IMG/VR virus record: IMGVR_UViG_3300033146_005951
Coordinates: 1 to 63,435 of that record
Reading direction: 5' to 3' (one strand)
From: a virus
Lineage: Duplodnaviria > Caudoviricetes
DNA: 63,435 nucleotides
The position numbers and the translations under genes were made by a program. The stretch's first letter is position 1; the number at the start of each line of letters is the position of its first letter. Below are positions 59,324-63,435 of the stretch, one piece after another. The notes beneath the pieces were generated by a model. The model ran no database searches. It was given only the letters and a program-made list of their open reading frames with translations, and had not been told where the DNA came from.

Positions 59324-59575
59324 ATGAAAAAGTCTATTAGATTAATTAAAGGCGATGATAGTGTTTCAGTAACGATGGGTATAAGCATTTATTCAGATAT
59401 AATAGAGAAGGAAAAACTCACAGTGGATATATATTCTCTGCATGATAATAACTTGATGTTATTTGAGTATATTAAAGGCAAAAAGGTAAGGATTAAGCTT
59501 TATAATAGTTTAGAGGTAAAGGATAAGTTAGAGGTTATATCAAAAGAAGAGGGTTTTCAAATACATAATGTATAA
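59324..59575 (+). CDS. Hypothetical early-type protein
   Basis: RBS ggaggt. Confidence 0.75.
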   Translation: MKKSIRLIKGDDSVSVTMGISIYSDIIEKEKLTVDIYSLHDNNLMLFEYIKGKKVRIKLYNSLEVKDKLEVISKEEGFQIHNV

Positions 59576-59586
59576 GGAGGATATAA

Positions 59587-59766
59587 ATGAAGATAATAAT
59601 GATAAGTATATGTAGTTATTGTAATAAAATTACTAAGGCAAAGGTTGTTATTGTTAATAGTGCAACTGAAGAAGAAATAGAACGTGGTTTTCAGATTTCT
59701 CATGGTATATGTGAGGAATGTTATGCGTATGTTATCAAACAAGTTAGAGAAGGAGAATATGTATGA
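59587..59766 (+). CDS. 59-aa zinc-binding peptide CSYC...SHGICEEC (not in the ORF track)
   Basis: RBS aaggagg; ORF open from 59587 to 59766. Confidence 0.75.
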   Translation: MKIIMISICSYCNKITKAKVVIVNSATEEEIERGFQISHGICEECYAYVIKQVREGEYV

Positions 59767-59871
59767 GAAAAAGGATTGTTCAAATAAGTAAAGTACGTAC
59801 AATAAGTAAAATGGAACTCAAATTAATGAATGAGATTAACCGATTTCTTAAAAAGAAAAGGAGAATTGAAA

Positions 59872-60114
59872 ATGAAAGAAAAAATAGAATTTATACTTAG
59901 TTATATTCTTATATTTTGTTTTTGTATTAGTTTTTGGGCCTTGATATTTAGTAGTTATTTTGTTTATAATAATTATAGACATGAAAAAGCTCGAGAAAAG
60001 CTCATTGAAGAAGTTGTTATAGATCCTGATTATCAAGATTGGGAAAATCCTGATGATTGGGAAGGTAGTGATTGGAGTGGTGTTATATATACAGATGAAG
60101 CATTAACAGATTAA
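59872..60114 (+). CDS. Single-TM protein with an acidic tail
   Basis: RBS aaggag before MKEKIEF; hydrophobic helix. Confidence 0.7.
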   Translation: MKEKIEFILSYILIFCFCISFWALIFSSYFVYNNYRHEKAREKLIEEVVIDPDYQDWENPDDWEGSDWSGVIYTDEALTD

Positions 60115-60134
60115 TTATTAAAATAAAGGAGGGT

Positions 60135-60329
60135 ATGGTTATGAAAGATTTGGCATTGAAAGAAGTTTTTGGTGTATATGATAATGGTGCAATTGATTGT
60201 TTTAGGTGGTACGACAAGGATATTGATTTGTCTCATGAATTAAGAATCCTTACTAAAGAATATCCAAATGTTATTACATGGGTTATAGGTTCAAATATCC
60301 TTTTAAGAAAAGCAGAACAGTTTAAATAA
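60135..60329 (+). CDS. Hypothetical early-type protein
   Basis: RBS aaggagg (start 60135 or 60141). Confidence 0.7.
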   Translation: MVMKDLALKEVFGVYDNGAIDCFRWYDKDIDLSHELRILTKEYPNVITWVIGSNILLRKAEQFK

Positions 60330-60341
60330 AGGAGGTTAGTC

Positions 60342-60758
60342 GTGTATAGAGTTTATGAACTTAGCAAAAGTGAAATTGATAAAGTACAGTTCAGTGTGAG
60401 GTTTATTGATAATAGATTGGAGAGACCTTATTATATTGATTCAAACAAAAAGTACAATAAGAAAGTATATGAAGATTTTAATAGCTTTCGTAGATGGGAT
60501 ATGTTTTGGGTTAATTGTGTTCTTGGGGATGTCTATCTGGGTAGTGCGTGCATTGATCCTATATTTAAAACAGATGACTCAGGAAAGTTTGTTATTTCAA
60601 AAAACCATTGTGAAGTAACTCAAGAGAATTGGTTTATTCTGGCTGAAAGGATAAGAGAGTACTTTGTGAAAACACCTTATTATAAACAACAAAAGAAGTG
60701 GGTTAAGGAAATAAATATGAAGATGGCTTGGGATAAAAAAGAATCGGAAGAATATTAA
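60342..60758 (+). CDS. Hypothetical early-type protein
   Basis: RBS aaggaggt, GTG start. Confidence 0.75.
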   Translation: MYRVYELSKSEIDKVQFSVRFIDNRLERPYYIDSNKKYNKKVYEDFNSFRRWDMFWVNCVLGDVYLGSACIDPIFKTDDSGKFVISKNHCEVTQENWFILAERIREYFVKTPYYKQQKKWVKEINMKMAWDKKESEEY

Positions 60759-60848
60759 AGGAGGATAAAAAAGAATCATAGGTAGTAAAGATAGTTTGTA
60801 TTGATTTTGCAATAATAATTTTAATAAAGATAACAGGAGAATAGTATT

Positions 60849-61085
60849 ATGGAAAATGTTACTTGGGACTATCGATATGAGAATACCTTGAGGTTGAATT
60901 TTGTTAGTGAAGTTTATGGTACTAATGTAGAAGATTGGGTTAATGAAATTATTCATCAAGTACTTGGAGAAGATGTGGAGTTGGATTGGAGGGATAATTG
61001 GGAACTTGAAATACATAATGTAGTGGAGAGGGGTTTTGAAAATGAATTGGTTTATCAAATAACAGAGTACATAAATAAATTTTAA
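60849..61085 (+). CDS. Acidic hypothetical protein
   Basis: RBS aggag. Confidence 0.7.
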   Translation: MENVTWDYRYENTLRLNFVSEVYGTNVEDWVNEIIHQVLGEDVELDWRDNWELEIHNVVERGFENELVYQITEYINKF

Positions 61086-61304
61086 AGTAAAGGAGAATTA
61101 TAATGAAAAGAATTCGAAGCCCGCCATTAGTCACCTTAGAGTAGTCACTAAAGTATTGTTTAATTGTTTATTATATAATAGTTATAGTAGTATTAATTAA
61201 TTCATATTGGAGGCTAGTATGACATGTGTATTAGTTGTATTTATTATTCTGATGTGGGTTAATTCGTAATAATCTTATAATCTTATTCAAGAAGGAGGAG
61301 TAAA

Positions 61305-61652
61305 ATGGCTAAGGATGGAGGAGTACAATTATCGGCACTGGTAAAAAGCATTACATCATATGCACCTCAGCAAACCGGAGTTCGTTCGTTAGTATTTGGG
61401 TTTTGCGACAAAGCTATGGTAGAGCTTAAGAAAGCCGATATCAAAACTTCGTTTCAAAGAGCAGCATTATCTTCATTGGCAAGAAAAGATGAGACGATTA
61501 TGTCGGCAATGGAAAAAGCTGGAGTTCATAAGAGTGATAGATATAATCGAGTGTCTATGTATATTGGACATTGGATTGTAAAACAGCTCAAAGCCGATAC
61601 ACTTTCAGTTAAGAAAGATGAGGCAAAGAGAGTCTGGCTTACTTTAAAATAA
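61305..61652 (+). CDS. Basic hypothetical protein, possibly DNA-binding
   Basis: RBS aaggaggag; followed by a terminator. Confidence 0.75.
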   Translation: MAKDGGVQLSALVKSITSYAPQQTGVRSLVFGFCDKAMVELKKADIKTSFQRAALSSLARKDETIMSAMEKAGVHKSDRYNRVSMYIGHWIVKQLKADTLSVKKDEAKRVWLTLK

Positions 61653-61660
61653 CCCAAGAG

Positions 61661-61692
61661 AGGTCACTGGCTTCGGCTAGTGGCCTTTTTTT
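61661..61692 (+). terminator. Rho-independent terminator
   Basis: aggtcactggc-ttcg-gctagtggcct (cUUCGg loop) followed by a T tract. Confidence 0.92.
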
Positions 61693-61770
61693 ATGCTTAG
61701 CTAATATTATTTTATTATTTTTGTTTTTAAGGCATCCTGCCAAACACACACCTCGCAACTCCCCTATGTG

Positions 61771-61865
61771 TATCACCCGCCTTGGCATGCATCTATCTAT
61801 CGTAGCTATAATATATATCACCCGCCTTGGCATGCATCTATCTATCGTAGCTATAATATATATCA
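61771..61865 (+). repeat. 45-bp tandem duplication
   Basis: tatcacccgccttggcatgcatctatctatcgtagctataatata at 61771 and 61816. Confidence 0.95.
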
Positions 61866-61979
61866 AGTGTTTCGGATTATATCTTAATCACATTTATATG
61901 AATTTATCTTTCAGAAAGACAGTACTTATTTTTAATACCATTTTTGATTTAAGCTATGAATTATGGCCAATTTTATAAG

Positions 61980-62100
61980 ATGCATATGATTTTATGTAAT
62001 TTATATTTTCTATAGCTAGCTTCGCATGGAGCACTATAACTTCATATAATAAGCCAGATTTTTAAAGCCATAAAATAGTAGATAACTTATTGAAATTATT
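61980..62100. repeat. Dispersed non-coding element, copy B (inverted relative to 52547-52660)
   Basis: atgcatat..atattttctatagct..tcgca..tttaaagcca..ataacttattgaaat aligns to the reverse complement of copy A. Confidence 0.7.
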
Positions 62101-62350
62101 GTAAATTTAAGAAATCTGGTTTTTGGTGGTTTTTGATGCCCAAAAATTCAATTTGAAAAATTTTAGTGCTTATAAATTAACCACTGAAATCAATCACCAC
62201 ATTCTAATTTATACAAATAAACATAAGTAAATCACATAAATATTTTTATTGTTTGTATCTTTATTATGTTTAGTACTTAGTGTTTAATTTGAAGTCAAGG
62301 TTTATGTTTGTATGCATTAACCACATCTATAATACATTTCTTTTCAGTAA

Positions 62351-62575
62351 GCCTGGCTTCGATTTTTTAACATAGCAATTATCTATTAAGCCATTGGTTT
62401 TATTAAAGAAATTAATAAGCTGAAAATCAGATAACTTAGTGTTTGATTTGGTGCCTGGCTTCGATTTTTTAACACAGCAATTATCTATAATGATTTATAT
62501 AAGTTATCTATAAGCCATTGGTTTTATTAAAGAAATTAATAAGCTGAAAATCAGATAGCTTAGTGTTTAATTTGG
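62351..62575 (+). repeat. About 100-bp imperfect tandem duplication
   Basis: gcctggcttcgattttttaaca...aagccattggttttattaaagaaattaataagctgaaaatcagata at 62351 and 62453; the second copy has an insertion. Confidence 0.9.
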
Positions 62576-62696
62576 AGTTAAAATTAAAGTTGGGGGGCCC
62601 CCGGCAAATACAATGAAGAGATAGTACTCATACGGCGGGGGGGCGTAGGGCGGGGGTAGGGGTTTACGAATTTAATTTAGTCCGATTTTTCTTGGC

Positions 62697-62893
62697 AGCC
62701 TATCAAATTTACTAAACTATAATAACATACTCAAGCTAATGTTATAGCCTATCAAATTTACTAAACTATAATAACATACTCAAGCCAAAGTTTATAACGA
62801 CATGTTCATACTCAAGCCAATATTACCTCACGCACATGTTTACCTCAACATCAACGACTAATATCAACGACTAATATCAACGACTAATATCAA
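62697..62893 (+). repeat. 40-bp duplication (62697, 62746) and 13-bp tandem atcaacgactaat x3 (62850-62888)
   Basis: Seen directly. Confidence 0.9.
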
Positions 62894-63070
62894 TACCCAG
62901 CATTAGGCCTGGTTTAACCCCATTAAGTTAAGAATACTGTGTTATTAGCAAAAATTCTTTTCAGTAAGTTTATACAAAAAACTATAAAAAAACTCTTTTT
63001 GTTTACTAAAATTTATTATATAATAAAATTAAATAAAAATTTAATTTTATTATGTCATGTATAGGAATTA

Positions 63071-63307
63071 TTGATGAGCTGGTTAAAAGCAGTTGAACAA
63101 AATGGCTGGGCATTAAAATTTTGTTCAGTTCAGACTAAAGAAATATGTTTAGCTGCAGTAAAGCAAAATGGCTTAGCTTTAGAATATTGCTTAGTTCAGG
63201 ATGAAGAGATATGCTTAGTAGCTGTTAAGCAAAATGGCTTAGCTTTAAAATATGTTGATAAGCAGTTTGTTGATATTTATACTTATTGTAAATTACTATA
63301 TAGTTAG
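63071..63307 (+). CDS. DUF4116-like repeat protein
   Basis: Three (IC)LxAVxQNGxALxY/F repeats. Confidence 0.8.
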   Translation: MMSWLKAVEQNGWALKFCSVQTKEICLAAVKQNGLALEYCLVQDEEICLVAVKQNGLALKYVDKQFVDIYTYCKLLYS

Positions 63308-63315
63308 GAGGTATT

Positions 63316-63435
63316 ATGGACTGGAATAATGAAAAGCAATGTTTAATAGCAGTAAAGCAAAATGGTTGGATTTTGCAATATTGTTTAGTTCAAAATGAAG
63401 AAATATGTTTAGCTGCTGTTGAACAAAATGGTTTA
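63316..63435 (+). CDS. DUF4116-like repeat protein, 3'-partial
   Basis: RBS ggaggt; MDWNNEKQCLIAVKQNGWILQYCLVQNEEICLAAVEQNGL runs off the window. Confidence 0.8.
   Translation, partial: MDWNNEKQCLIAVKQNGWILQYCLVQNEEICLAAVEQNGL

Noticed and set aside
61639-61978. ORFs 61639..61866 (-) and 61721..61978 (+)
   Set aside because: They run across or just past a terminator and through a 45-bp tandem duplication with no RBS; probably non-coding
1-63435. Stop-codon reassignment, tRNA genes, integrase, lysis genes or contractile sheath
   Set aside because: Very long ORFs are intact under the standard code and genes end in TAA, TAG and TGA; none of these other features was recognisable by eye, though tRNAscan was not run

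Overview
The window is an AT-rich segment of a large tailed dsDNA phage genome; all supported genes are on the + strand. No sheath gene is recognisable, so a siphovirus-like virion is inferred. Gene order: partial gp32-like SSB and RecA/UvsX; packaging genes (HTH protein, orphan receiver domain, intein-containing TerL); HK97-type portal; an accessory block (MBL/NTase-like protein, tail-tube paralogue, FN3 protein, ATP-dependent ligase with a split LigD-phosphoesterase-like partner); protease/scaffold, capsid and neck genes; tail genes; a repeat-rich non-coding region; a cassette of small early-type genes; and a second repeat-rich region. Main discovery, not shown by the ORF track: the major tail tube gene appears to be split by three consecutive group I introns into exons of 18, 163, 6 and 980 nt (388 aa spliced). 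The third intron seems to need a non-canonical 5' splice site and carries a multi-LAGLIDADG ORF that reads through its ribozyme core. Other highlights are a 6418-aa tape measure protein with an embedded staphylococcal-nuclease-like domain, a DNA end-repair-like module among the head genes, and a dispersed inverted non-coding element. All calls come from motif reading by eye; no database searches were run.
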